Source: Candidatus Omnitrophota bacterium
GTDB lineage: Bacteria; Omnitrophota; Omnitrophia; Omnitrophales; Aquincolibacteriaceae
Direction of reading: 5' to 3'
NCBI GenBank assembly: GCA_030698625.1
Contig: JAUYMS010000042.1
Location: 160,423-224,422, forward strand
DNA: 64,000 bases
Part shown: positions 1-10,256 of the stretch, piece after piece
How positions within the stretch are numbered: the stretch's first letter is position 1
Layout: each line of letters opens with the position of its first letter
Translations under genes and position numbers: made by a program
The notes under the pieces: model-generated
What the model saw: the letters and a program-made list of their open reading frames with translations, nothing else
What the model was told of the DNA's origin: nothing
The model's database searches: none

Positions 1-2738
1 GAATGGAGCTCAATCATCGCCAGTTGGAACGAATCACCGCCTTCACCGGGCACCAGACCCCGCACACGAACGTCGAATTCCACCCCGCGAAAATTCCGGT
101 TCCTATGGCGGGTATTGGCAGCGCGCACATTTCGGGTAATGGAAATATCGAGGCCCGGATTCCCGATCGCATCTGCATGAAAGCCTTCAAAACCGTCCCG
201 CAAGAATCCGCGCAGTGTCACCCGGTTGCCCCCTGTTGTACGCGTATCCTTAACCGACAGGTGCGCGTAAACGTTTTTTACCGGGTTCAGGTAGATTGCG
301 TTCTGGAAGGCACCGCGCTTCTCCAGGCTCAGAGTTACTTCACGGCTCCCCGTCCTCAGTTCGGACCGCGAATCGTCTCCTGTCGCAAGTGCGGGAACTG
401 AGCCGCGTATGACGGCAATGTAACGTTCAATTTCCTCCGCTGAAATCCGCTCGGAGGGTTCGGCCATGACATCCACGCGCGGCATGAAGAAATACCGGGT
501 CTCTCCGAATCGCTCATACAGCATGCGGTCCCATTTGATACGCTTGAGGCGACCCTTCCTCGCGTAGAGCCTGTCTACGCGTTCCGAAATATACGACTTC
601 TCCGGCACAGTATCCTCTGCCGGTTTTACGACATCACCGCCTCCTAGGGCCTCGCGGTTCAGGTGTTTGAAAAACACGTAGTCCAAGGCAACCTCAAAGA
701 CCTTGGCGTACGGGCCCGTGGTAATCCTGTCGGTCTTAGGGATATCTCCCAGCAAATCCGTGATTGCCAAGTGGCGGCTAACAACCTCGTTGAACGACAG
801 CCCCTGCTTCTGTGCGGCCTCGACGGACAACCAGGCTAGTTTCGTTTTCACCATTTGAACCCAGTGATCATTCGGCTTAATAAACAAGCGGTCGATATCC
901 GCTTTCTTTCGCACATACCCAATGAGTTCGGCTCGATACTCATCTTCGGTCAGATACTTTTCATCGTCTGATCTTAATTCCGAGCGCACGGGCTTAACGA
1001 GATCCGGAGCGGAGCGCGCACGCAGAAATTGGCTCTGGAAAGTTGCTGCGTCAATGCGGTGACGGGACAAAAGGGCTCTGGCAAATTGGGTCACATCCCC
1101 TGCAAGGCGGCCGAGGTCGTGAACACCCTGCGTTTTCAAGGCGTTCTGTGTGAAAGCAAGAAAGGCAACGGACTCCATCGTGGAGTTTTCACCGAACTGG
1201 TGATCGAGGACTGACCGCACATAGGCTTCTTGGCCGTCAAAGTGACTTATGTTCGGGGCTATCAGTGCGTAATTATAATTCTTATCCCGGAAGAATTTCT
1301 TGAACGGTCCTGTATGGAACCCTCCGGTGATCACAACGGCCTTCTTCTCGGGATGCTCGCGAAGCCGGCGATCGATATTCTGCAGCATGCGCTCGTCACG
1401 GATTCTCACCCACCGGTAAAACTCCGCGGCCTTCTCATAGAGCGCGTCGATCTCGGTAATTGCACCGGCCTTCCACGAAAGTCTCGAGCCGTCCGCCGCG
1501 AATCCGCTTGATTCGTTCACGAGCGCCGAAGGGCGGGCCTCAGCAACCGCATTCTCGTCGGTCGGCAGGAGTTCCAGCGCAAAAAGCCTTTTGAGCAGCC
1601 GGTACTTCTTGAGCAGACCCAAGAGGCCCCTGACCTCGTCCGTCTCCGCCAAAACAGATGTAATCTTGTCCGCAAGTGCGTCGAGTTCTGCGAAGAGCCG
1701 CTCGCTATCGAGCTCGCTTCGGAGGATGAGATGCCCTATAAAGCGGGTCAGATTCGGGTACCTGCGAAAGTCAAAGTTCTGCGGCAGGTAGGTCATCATG
1801 CTCTCGAAGAGAAGGCCGGTTTCCGGATCCGGCAATTCGTGGCTGCTCAGATCGCCTTTGAGCAGTTTCTGGACTTCCCCAAGAAGCCCTTTTGGGGCGG
1901 TCCTAAGGAGCCGCAGAAATACCTCCCGCTCTTTTTCGAAAGCGGCGGAATCCATTTGGGTTTCAAACTCTCGAAGCTTGAATAAACGCGAAAGCATCGG
2001 CCAATCGAGCTGATGCACGGGGTCGCTAATATTCAGCTCGAGATGAGCGAGGGCTTGTACCTGAAGGTAATCGAGCCAGTCCGTCATCGCGAAACGTCGC
2101 GACTCGAACCTTTCCTCCTCCTTGAGGAAGTGCCGCAGGTCCTTGCTCAGGCGCTCGCTAGCCAGGCGGTCCATCTGCATATCGAAGCGGCGCAGAAACC
2201 CGTCTGTCTTTTCCCTCTGAGAATGGACATCGGCGAACGCTTTTGCGTTGTTCAGATAGGCATCAAGGTTTTCGATACCGAATGCTTCGACACCTTCCGC
2301 TTCCGCCAGAAACAGTTCAGGCCCTTTCACAAGGGCCTTTTTTGTAAGTTCATCCAGAATTTCCATCGTAACGTCCATGCGTTCAGGCACAAGACGCAAC
2401 AAGTCCGCGTTCAGCTTAAGCGCACTCCCCTCGAGGAGAATCAGCTCCACATCGTAAGCGGAATGCAGGTGATGGAGAATCGCCTGAACTTTCTTTTGCG
2501 CCTCGTAATTGCCATGAGCTGTCTGGAGGTGAATGAGGGTCGGGCCGGTTCCCGAGACAAGATTCTGCACGGCGCCAAGCTCGGCAGGCAGTTGTAGTTG
2601 AAATCCCTGCGGCACGGAAATCTCCCTAACACTATTCGCGTGAAGGATATTCAGGTTGGGCGCTGCCATACCGATATCCTGTGCAAGAAACAAAATCGCA
2701 GTCAGCATGGCTATCCATTTTTTGGTTTTGCTTTTCAT
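1..2738 (-). CDS. 5' part of a very large secreted multidomain protein (at least 912 aa, open to window edge); ChaN/TraB/Tiki-like N-terminal domain, then RSELR-delimited modules
   Basis: Manual minus-strand translation from ATG 2738 (alternative ATG 2747): MKSKTKKWIAMLTAILFLAQDIGMAAP (signal-like), IHLQTAHGNYEAQ, LILLEG, RIRDERMLQNI, AVVITGGFH, VRSELRS, SRSELRT, ending AMIELH at the edge. No stop seen; absent from the ORF track, consistent with no stop inside the window. Confidence 0.88.
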   Translation of the reverse strand, partial: MKSKTKKWIAMLTAILFLAQDIGMAAPNLNILHANSVREISVPQGFQLQLPAELGAVQNLVSGTGPTLIHLQTAHGNYEAQKKVQAILHHLHSAYDVELILLEGSALKLNADLLRLVPERMDVTMEILDELTKKALVKGPELFLAEAEGVEAFGIENLDAYLNNAKAFADVHSQREKTDGFLRRFDMQMDRLASERLSKDLRHFLKEEERFESRRFAMTDWLDYLQVQALAHLELNISDPVHQLDWPMLSRLFKLREFETQMDSAAFEKEREVFLRLLRTAPKGLLGEVQKLLKGDLSSHELPDPETGLLFESMMTYLPQNFDFRRYPNLTRFIGHLILRSELDSERLFAELDALADKITSVLAETDEVRGLLGLLKKYRLLKRLFALELLPTDENAVAEARPSALVNESSGFAADGSRLSWKAGAITEIDALYEKAAEFYRWVRIRDERMLQNIDRRLREHPEKKAVVITGGFHTGPFKKFFRDKNYNYALIAPNISHFDGQEAYVRSVLDHQFGENSTMESVAFLAFTQNALKTQGVHDLGRLAGDVTQFARALLSRHRIDAATFQSQFLRARSAPDLVKPVRSELRSDDEKYLTEDEYRAELIGYVRKKADIDRLFIKPNDHWVQMVKTKLAWLSVEAAQKQGLSFNEVVSRHLAITDLLGDIPKTDRITTGPYAKVFEVALDYVFFKHLNREALGGGDVVKPAEDTVPEKSYISERVDRLYARKGRLKRIKWDRMLYERFGETRYFFMPRVDVMAEPSERISAEEIERYIAVIRGSVPALATGDDSRSELRTGSREVTLSLEKRGAFQNAIYLNPVKNVYAHLSVKDTRTTGGNRVTLRGFLRDGFEGFHADAIGNPGLDISITRNVRAANTRHRNRNFRGVEFDVRVRGLVPGEGGDSFQLAMIELH

Positions 2739-2939
2739 AAGTTGCATTTCAAGATAGAATATTGCCCTCGGCTGATTACTTGGTAATAAGCCTAAGTCCA
2801 TGGGAATAAAAGAGTTGATAAAGGCTACCCGGCGCTTGGAGACTCTTCAAATTTTGAGCGCTTGCGGTATAACATCAACTAACATTGACAGGCAGGGTGC
2901 AAAAATTGAATGCCGTCATCTAACCCCTTACCTATAGGC

Positions 2940-5861
2940 ATGTCACAAGAGAATCAAATCCAGACAGTCGGCAGAAAAGTCCTCGAGCTAGCGCGGCGCG
3001 AGGAAGTGAAATTTGCTAAGAAGCATCGTTGGGAAAATGCCCTTTTGGACTGGTGCATGGCCAACGAAGAGCTCAAAAACCGTACTTTTCGTTTTATCGA
3101 TGTCTTTCCCCAATTAAAGTCTTCGAAGTCGGTACTGCAGCATATCCGGGAATATTTTCCCCTTTCCGAGCACCGCCTGCCGCAGGCGATACGCGCCGGG
3201 CTGGTCTTGACTCATCCGGGACTACTGACTCGAGGCGCCGTACACGGTGTCACGCATGCCATGTTCATGAAGCTATCGAAATTCTTCGTTGCCGCCGCAA
3301 ACGAAAAGGACCTCGAGAAAATTCTGGATGATCTGGATCGTGAAGGCGTCACGAGTTCCATCGACCTGCTCGGCGAGAAAACCATGAGCGAGGCCGAGGC
3401 AGAGATCTGTTTTCAGCGCTATCAGTCGCTGATCCGTACGCTCGGCAAGAAGAAGTGGGGCTTTAAAAAACAGAATGTCTCGGTGAAACTTTCAGCTCTC
3501 GATCCCCTCTTTGATCCCATTGATCCGAATGGAACCAGCGAGCGTATCCGTTGGCGCTTGCGAGAGCTGGTGCGGCTGGGCACGGAGCAACAGGTGTTCA
3601 TTCACATCGATATGGAAGAGTTTGAAATGCGCGATCTGACGCTCAAGATTGTGCGCGACCTTTTACACGAAGATGAATTTGCTCCGGGCATAGCTCTCGG
3701 AATCGTCTTGCAGGCTTATCTGCGCGACGCTGAAGACTGTCTCGACGGCATTCTCTCGTGGGCAAAGACATTGGCAAAACCGCTTACGATTCGGCTCGTG
3801 CGGGGTGCCTATTGGGATCAGGAGATCATGAAGGCCAAGGAGCGCAGCTGGCCGATCCCCGTGTTCCTGCGCAAAGACGAGACCGACGCCATGTTCGAAA
3901 AACTCACGGTCCGCATCCTGGACGAGGCCCCGCACGTAAACTTAGCCCTGGCAACCCATAACGTGCGGTCAATCGCACATGCAATAACATGCGCCAAGGC
4001 CAAGGGCATCGGCGACGAAAACCTTGAATTTCAATTACTCTACGGAATGGGCGAACCCTTGATGCACGTTCTCAGAGAAATGAATTACGCACCCCGTATG
4101 TACACTCCGATCGGCGACCCTGTCTGGGGCATGGCGTATCTGGTTCGGCGACTCCTTGAAAACGTTTCATCGCAATCGTTCGTCAGACGCAGCGTTCACG
4201 ACGAGTCCGCCGTAGGGGAATTGTTAAGAGCCCCACTCGCCATGATTGATCAAAACGACACTGAGGGCCCACCCGAGAAAAATAATCATTACCACCCCTG
4301 CCCTTCCCTGCGTTTTTTCAACCATAAGATCAGGCAGGATTTTTCGGACAATCTGGAGGAAGTCATCCTTACGCTGAGAAATCCCAAGCTTCCCATCGTT
4401 GTCAACGGAAAGTCGAAACAGAAAAAGGTCCGCACCCAGATTATTTCGCCGATTGACGGCGTCACAAAGGTTGCCAGCGCCTCAAACGCCGATGCCTCGG
4501 ATGTCGATCAAGCCATTCGCGTCAGCCTCGATAAATTCCGATCGTGGGCAAATACACCCGTTCATGTGCGCGCTAATTATCTGCGGCGCACTGCGGAGTG
4601 GATGCGGGACCACCGCTACGAAATGGCGGCCCTGGAAGTGTTGGAGGTGGGCAAGCCCTATCGCGAAGCGGATGCCGATGTGAAGGAGGCGATTGATTTT
4701 CTTAACTACTACGCATACTCCGCAGAGAAACTCATGCAGGACCATCCGACAGAGACGCTCGCCGACGAGGTCAACTTCACCCGGCCGCGGCCGCGCGGCG
4801 TGACCGCGGTGATCGCACCGTGGAATTTTCCGATTGCGATTTTAACCGGCATGAGCGCGGCAGCTTTAGTCACCGGCAATCCGGTTTTACTCAAGCCGGC
4901 CGAGCAATCGCCCCTTACGGCGTGGAAAGTATTTGAGGCGTTTCGCGAAGCCGGGGTTCCGCCCGGAGTGCTTCATTACCTGAGCGGCGTTGGTGAAGAG
5001 ATCGGTTCATTAATGGCTGATGACCCTCGCGTTTCGGTGGTGGCCTTTACCGGCTCAAGAGAAGTCGGACTCCAAATTGTGGCCCGGTCTAATTTACGTA
5101 ACCCATTACAGCGACATGTGAAAAAGACAGTCATCGAGATGGGCGGAAAGAATGCTGCCATCGTCGATGAGACCGCCGATTTTGATCAGGCGATTCCCGA
5201 TATCCTCTACTCGGCATTCGGTTATGCCGGGCAAAAGTGTTCCGCCCTCTCCCGGTTGATCGTTCTCGATGACGTCTACGACGCTTTCATCAAGCGATTA
5301 ATTCAAGCTGCGGGAAGTTTTCCCGTCGGAGATCCCGCCGACCCGCGGACGCTTTGCGGGCCGGTCATCGACGAGCAAGCGCGCCAGAGAATTCTAAGCG
5401 CGATCGAAGAAGCAACCGTCAAGGGCAAGGTGCTTTTCAAAGCGGATGTCTCAAACCTCGCCGCCGGTTACTATGTGCCGCCGGCAATCATTGCCGACCT
5501 CCCTGCAAATTCACGGCTTCTGCGGGATGAGCTCTTCGGCCCTATTCTTGCGGTCATACGAGCAAAGAATTTTGAGGAGGCCTTGAACCTCGCCAACGAT
5601 TCCGACTTTGCACTGACCGGAGGCCTCTTCAGCCGCACCCCCTCACACATCGAAAGAGCCAAGCAAGAGTTTGAATGCGGGAATTTCTACGTCAACCGGC
5701 CCACAACCGGCGCTATCGTTCAGCGACAGCCTTTCGGGGGTTACAACCTTTCAGGAACGGGAACTAAGGCGGGAAGTGCCGAATACCTGCGGGAATTCTT
5801 CATTGAGCGCACCATTAGCGAAAACGTATCACGCCACGGTTTCGCGCCCCTTAATCTTTAA
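2940..5861 (+). CDS. putA: Bifunctional proline dehydrogenase / P5C dehydrogenase
   Basis: PRODH motifs (DLLGE, SVKLS, IDME, RLVRGAYWD, ATHN, YLVRRLLEN) plus ALDH motifs (PWNFP, FTGS, EMGGKN, GQKCS, ELFGP). Start 2940 preferred over 2910. Confidence 0.95.
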   Translation: MSQENQIQTVGRKVLELARREEVKFAKKHRWENALLDWCMANEELKNRTFRFIDVFPQLKSSKSVLQHIREYFPLSEHRLPQAIRAGLVLTHPGLLTRGAVHGVTHAMFMKLSKFFVAAANEKDLEKILDDLDREGVTSSIDLLGEKTMSEAEAEICFQRYQSLIRTLGKKKWGFKKQNVSVKLSALDPLFDPIDPNGTSERIRWRLRELVRLGTEQQVFIHIDMEEFEMRDLTLKIVRDLLHEDEFAPGIALGIVLQAYLRDAEDCLDGILSWAKTLAKPLTIRLVRGAYWDQEIMKAKERSWPIPVFLRKDETDAMFEKLTVRILDEAPHVNLALATHNVRSIAHAITCAKAKGIGDENLEFQLLYGMGEPLMHVLREMNYAPRMYTPIGDPVWGMAYLVRRLLENVSSQSFVRRSVHDESAVGELLRAPLAMIDQNDTEGPPEKNNHYHPCPSLRFFNHKIRQDFSDNLEEVILTLRNPKLPIVVNGKSKQKKVRTQIISPIDGVTKVASASNADASDVDQAIRVSLDKFRSWANTPVHVRANYLRRTAEWMRDHRYEMAALEVLEVGKPYREADADVKEAIDFLNYYAYSAEKLMQDHPTETLADEVNFTRPRPRGVTAVIAPWNFPIAILTGMSAAALVTGNPVLLKPAEQSPLTAWKVFEAFREAGVPPGVLHYLSGVGEEIGSLMADDPRVSVVAFTGSREVGLQIVARSNLRNPLQRHVKKTVIEMGGKNAAIVDETADFDQAIPDILYSAFGYAGQKCSALSRLIVLDDVYDAFIKRLIQAAGSFPVGDPADPRTLCGPVIDEQARQRILSAIEEATVKGKVLFKADVSNLAAGYYVPPAIIADLPANSRLLRDELFGPILAVIRAKNFEEALNLANDSDFALTGGLFSRTPSHIERAKQEFECGNFYVNRPTTGAIVQRQPFGGYNLSGTGTKAGSAEYLREFFIERTISENVSRHGFAPLNL

Positions 5862-5867
5862 ATCTTA

Positions 5868-8800
5868 TTAGACGATCGTGAATGTGCTGAGGTCAACGGT
5901 GACCGGACTGCTGGTGCCGTCTGCCTTGAGAAGGACATAACTCGCAAAATTCCCTATATAGCGGACTTGTGTGGCCGCCCCGGTCAATACGAGTTTCTGT
6001 CCCGTGTTGGGGTCAATGAGAATGGTTTTGTTGTAAGAGGCGGTCTTCATCGCTACGGTTACCACCAGACGGCCTGTCGTGATCACGTGCGCATCCGCGA
6101 ACGTCGTCTCAAACGGCGGATTCGTGCCGACAACCGGGGCTAACTCCTCGGCATGCAAGAGGGTCATATTCCTCGTACCGTTGGAGGTATCATAAACAAA
6201 CACCTCAGGAGTACCACCCAGGTATTCTGTATGGACAAGAATCGGTTCCCCGTCATCGATATAAACGCTGGCACCCTGTGTGAGCAACTTAAATCCGCCA
6301 AGCGTGGTCACCTTTGTCGCCGGATCAAAAGTTGTGGTTGCTGCCAGCACCGTACCCGTGAAATCGCTCGACTCCTGCAGGAGCAATATCTTGCCGTCTG
6401 CGAAATCGATACCCTTGAGCAATTCGCCGGCGCTCTGGGCCGTAGCGGTGAAAAGGTCCGCAGATGCGAGGTCTTTTATATAGAGGTCATAAGTGTCACC
6501 TTGCGGCCCGGAGGTCTTGGTGCTGTAGACGGCCCATTTGCCGTCCGGAGATACGTCATGAAGCGGCGAAAACGGGGAAGGCCCGCCTTTCGGAACCTCG
6601 ATAGTCAGAAGGTCAATGATGTTGAGCGACGGTCCCGAGGTGTCCAACAACTGCAAGGTGTAGCGGTCATTCGGGCCCGATATTACGACCACATCAACTT
6701 TGAAAGCAAAATCACTGTTCGACGGCGCGAGTTCCCATCCGGAAGGCACGGCCACGGGAACGTTTGTAAAATGCAGGTTCCCCTGCTGCCCATTCCCTTC
6801 AACGATGAAGAACATAAGCTGAACATTTGCCAAATCGATGCCCGCAAACTTCACCGGATCGATCTCCCACACCTGCTCGATATCGGAACGAATTCCATTC
6901 AGATGAACCGAGGCCTTCTTGCCCTGATTGTCGATAAGTTCGAGTTTAACGCGGCTGACATCCCCCATGAGACCCACGGTAAATTTTGAGAGGGTATCAA
7001 AACGTTTAGACCCGGGCGCAAAGGTATAGCCTCCGCCCGTCCATCCCTGCGTCCCCGTATTATAGGCCAGGGTCGTGCCGCGGCCCTGGTAATCCGCCAA
7101 GTTGGAACTTGCATCTCCACCGGGAGATACGCCTTGGATAAAGCCTGTCGGCGAACCGGCGCGGAAATCCACAAGATCATCCAAGCCCAGCGTGTCGGAG
7201 GGATAGACATCGAGATCCGGCAGGTAATTTATCTGCAGCGACCCCACTTCCTGCGGGCCTTCTACGATAAAGTAAATAATTCGAACTTTACTAAGGTCAA
7301 TACCGCCGAGGGCCGAGATGGGAATCTCAAAAACCTGCTCTTTGTCAGGATCTACACCCTCCAAGTAGAGGACCGATCGGTCCCCGCTTGAGTCGAGCAC
7401 TTCGACTTTAACGCGGCTGTTGGTACCCGACAGGTCCTGAAGACCAAAGGCTACCGATTGTAATCCGCTCCAATCGCCCGTTTCTTGGGCGGGATTCGTC
7501 GTAAAATCATCGTAACTAAATCCGCCGCCTGCCCAACCGGCACTCCCTGTATTGTATTCAAAGAGTACGCCTCGCGGCGTGGCAGTGGCCTTGTCGGTGG
7601 CGTTGCCGCCGGGACCGACTGAGGTTATTCCGGGCGCGCCGATCTGGCCGTTCGGAAGGCCGGGAAGATCCGCCGTCGTTAACGTTGTCGAAGGAGTAAT
7701 AACAACGTCCGGTTTGATGCGATTAACAGTCAAACTGCCGTCAATGTTATCCCCTTCCACCACCAGAATAACGAACCGCAGTTTGGTTAGATCAATCCCG
7801 GTAAAAGAAGACATCGGAACTTTCCAAATCTTCTCCTCGCCGGGAACAATGCCGCCTAGTAACACTGAAGACTTCGCTCCAAAAATATCTTCGAGCTCGA
7901 GCTTAACGGTGCCATGATCTCCGAACATACCGAGTACGAGGTTGGTAAAGCCGCTAAAATTGCTAGATCCCACGAAACCCGTCGTGAAATTGTCGAAAGA
8001 AAAGGCCCCGGCTGCCCAACCCGGTGTGCCGGTATCATAATTGATTTGCATACCACGAGCGGTTCCTGCCGTCGTTGACGTCGCATCGGTGCCTGCAGGA
8101 AAGATCGGAAAGGTGAAGGGCCCGCCGTCGGTACCCGCCGGAAACTCGGTGATAGCACGTCCCGTCAATGTAGGGTCGGGCTGAAGAGACGCCGGGGGCG
8201 CATCAATGGCAAAGTTAAAGGTATCCGACCAGAGGCTTCTCGGGCCGGTGTCAAAACTGTTATTCGCAGAGGCTCGTACTCGCACATAATACTGCCCCGC
8301 ATCCGTCACAGGCGCGACTTCTGAAGTTCCCGCCGGAAATCCATCATGGACAATGTCGTTGAAGGCCGGGTCTGTGGCCACCTGCACTTGATAGATCACG
8401 GCACCGCTGACCCCTGAAAAACCGATATCTCGGCCGCCTGATACAGGACCGGCGCCATTAACTGTCGGCTTCGACACAATAAAGGCATTCCGAATGACAT
8501 CAAACGAGAAGGTGTCCGACCACTGACTGAGCGGCCCCACCTCGATGAGGGGATCTTTAGAACCGAGAACGCGCACATAATAGGTTCCGTCCGTCAGAGC
8601 GTCCGTAGAAGGGATCGTCTCGGGCGAAGTGCCCGGGAATCCCTCGTGGATAATGTTGGTGAAACCGGAATCTGTGGCTACCTGAATCCGGTACTTTTGG
8701 GCGTCCTGGATCGGCGTGAACTGGAGTTCCGTTGCACCCTCATGATTCGTCACAGCCGCATCGACCGTCGTTTTTAACGCTGTGAAGGGATCCGGCCCGG

Positions 8801-10025
8801 AAGGCTCCGGAAGATAATAGTCAATACGACCGAGCCGGTTCGGCGAGAGGCCGCGGTCGATCTCAATAATGACTTCTGCGATCTGCGTCTTATCAAATAG
8901 ACCGTCGTCAACAAAGGTAATATAGAAATTGAGAAACACATCCGAGAGATTCATCTCATAGATTTGTTCGTTACCATCTTTATCTCTGACCCGCAAGCGC
9001 GCATCGGCATCGTTCCCGTTATTCTTCAGGGCCATGACCAGGGTACCCCCAAAATCAAAGTATTCATTGGACGCAGGCACGATCTCGGCAGTTACGGTAG
9101 CCCCCGCTGATCCACCGACGTCATAACGAAAACCCCGAATGCCGTCCGGTTGGTCATCGAAGGTAATGAAACCAGGCACCGAGCCTGCTCCGCGGATATA
9201 GGCCCCGGGACTGGCCGTGGTTCCTTGAGGAAACTCGCTTAGCAGCCCTTCGCTGAAGGCCGTCACACCGCCTGCCATCATCGGCACATCAACCCCGCCG
9301 ATGTGCACAAAAATCTCGCCGCGCCGGTCCTGCTGATACGTCGTCGGGTCTATGTCGGCAAAGGTCTGCCGCAAGACCATGCAGGTCACCGCGCCTTCAT
9401 TAAAATTCGAATCCTCGCTCAAATCAATGCTGTAGGTAAGATAGGTATCAGACAAAACGAGCCGCCGCGATGCTTGATTGCCCGTAGAATCAATAAAGAG
9501 GATGGTGAGTTCATCCACGCCGTCGGTGGTGATGTCAAAGTTTTCGCGTTTCAAACGAATGAGGAGAGGCCCGCCGCTTAGGTCCATCGTGGAATTCGCG
9601 CCGACACTGATCTCGGCATCGACCGTGGCGCCTGCGCCGGCACCCAGATCATAGCGATAAGAAAAGAAACTTTCGCTGAAAGGTTTAAACGTGGCGTATC
9701 CCGGTAAGTTCTCTTTGCCCGCCTGAGAATTGTACTTGTGTAATGTCAGCTCCGGATTGCCGGGCAATTTGGAGACGATCGTCGATCCGACTTCTCCATT
9801 GACCTGAGGCGGTGACAAAGGCCCTTCCTCAGTGCCGGCACCCGAAGGAACTTCGGGGTCGGATACACCCGGGTCCTTGCTGGGATCGACGGTCGGCTGC
9901 GGAACACCTGTTGGGCCTAATATTAAATCAGCGTAAGCGGTGGATTGGAATGAAAGCGGCAGTGAATAGAAGAGTAGTGTAAGGGATAAGGACAGTCTTA
10001 GTATTTTGTTTGCAGTAAAACCCAT
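5868..10025 (-). CDS. Large secreted/surface protein with CBM-like beta-sandwich repeats, two FN3-like repeats and a C-terminal propeller-like region
   Basis: Signal peptide ending AYA; three repeats of ~163 aa (YxTGxxGWxxGxF...VKxExxD...GIDL...VEG); two YxxQVATDxxFxxIxHxGFP repeats 100 aa apart; DVSPDGKW motif. Confidence 0.8.
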   Translation of the reverse strand: MGFTANKILRLSLSLTLLFYSLPLSFQSTAYADLILGPTGVPQPTVDPSKDPGVSDPEVPSGAGTEEGPLSPPQVNGEVGSTIVSKLPGNPELTLHKYNSQAGKENLPGYATFKPFSESFFSYRYDLGAGAGATVDAEISVGANSTMDLSGGPLLIRLKRENFDITTDGVDELTILFIDSTGNQASRRLVLSDTYLTYSIDLSEDSNFNEGAVTCMVLRQTFADIDPTTYQQDRRGEIFVHIGGVDVPMMAGGVTAFSEGLLSEFPQGTTASPGAYIRGAGSVPGFITFDDQPDGIRGFRYDVGGSAGATVTAEIVPASNEYFDFGGTLVMALKNNGNDADARLRVRDKDGNEQIYEMNLSDVFLNFYITFVDDGLFDKTQIAEVIIEIDRGLSPNRLGRIDYYLPEPSGPDPFTALKTTVDAAVTNHEGATELQFTPIQDAQKYRIQVATDSGFTNIIHEGFPGTSPETIPSTDALTDGTYYVRVLGSKDPLIEVGPLSQWSDTFSFDVIRNAFIVSKPTVNGAGPVSGGRDIGFSGVSGAVIYQVQVATDPAFNDIVHDGFPAGTSEVAPVTDAGQYYVRVRASANNSFDTGPRSLWSDTFNFAIDAPPASLQPDPTLTGRAITEFPAGTDGGPFTFPIFPAGTDATSTTAGTARGMQINYDTGTPGWAAGAFSFDNFTTGFVGSSNFSGFTNLVLGMFGDHGTVKLELEDIFGAKSSVLLGGIVPGEEKIWKVPMSSFTGIDLTKLRFVILVVEGDNIDGSLTVNRIKPDVVITPSTTLTTADLPGLPNGQIGAPGITSVGPGGNATDKATATPRGVLFEYNTGSAGWAGGGFSYDDFTTNPAQETGDWSGLQSVAFGLQDLSGTNSRVKVEVLDSSGDRSVLYLEGVDPDKEQVFEIPISALGGIDLSKVRIIYFIVEGPQEVGSLQINYLPDLDVYPSDTLGLDDLVDFRAGSPTGFIQGVSPGGDASSNLADYQGRGTTLAYNTGTQGWTGGGYTFAPGSKRFDTLSKFTVGLMGDVSRVKLELIDNQGKKASVHLNGIRSDIEQVWEIDPVKFAGIDLANVQLMFFIVEGNGQQGNLHFTNVPVAVPSGWELAPSNSDFAFKVDVVVISGPNDRYTLQLLDTSGPSLNIIDLLTIEVPKGGPSPFSPLHDVSPDGKWAVYSTKTSGPQGDTYDLYIKDLASADLFTATAQSAGELLKGIDFADGKILLLQESSDFTGTVLAATTTFDPATKVTTLGGFKLLTQGASVYIDDGEPILVHTEYLGGTPEVFVYDTSNGTRNMTLLHAEELAPVVGTNPPFETTFADAHVITTGRLVVTVAMKTASYNKTILIDPNTGQKLVLTGAATQVRYIGNFASYVLLKADGTSSPVTVDLSTFTIV

Positions 10026-10256
10026 TTCACAATTCCTGTGTTTGTATCCATGTTTTAGACTTTCCCCCTTTCAGAACAACTACCAGCTTTTGCAAATAAT
10101 TGCGAAAGTTGCTAAGTATAGCAGAATCAACCCTGGACAGCAAGTCCTTTGAGTAAACTTGACCTCACATGTTATTTATTGCTCGACTTGATTTCAAATA
10201 AAGACCATTAAAGATCGTGGTCTTTTTGACCGTATCTCGTAAAAGGTTATTCCCCT

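Noticed and set aside
3-2786. Plus-strand ORFs such as 3..401, 1230..1511 and 2013..2597
   Set aside because: Antisense shadows of the long minus-strand ORF from 2738; no recognisable motifs.
10200-10227. Inverted repeat AAAGACCA/TGGTCTTT before the dehydrogenase, and an imperfect palindrome near 10087-10110
   Set aside because: Weak AT-rich stems; terminator, operator and chance cannot be told apart.
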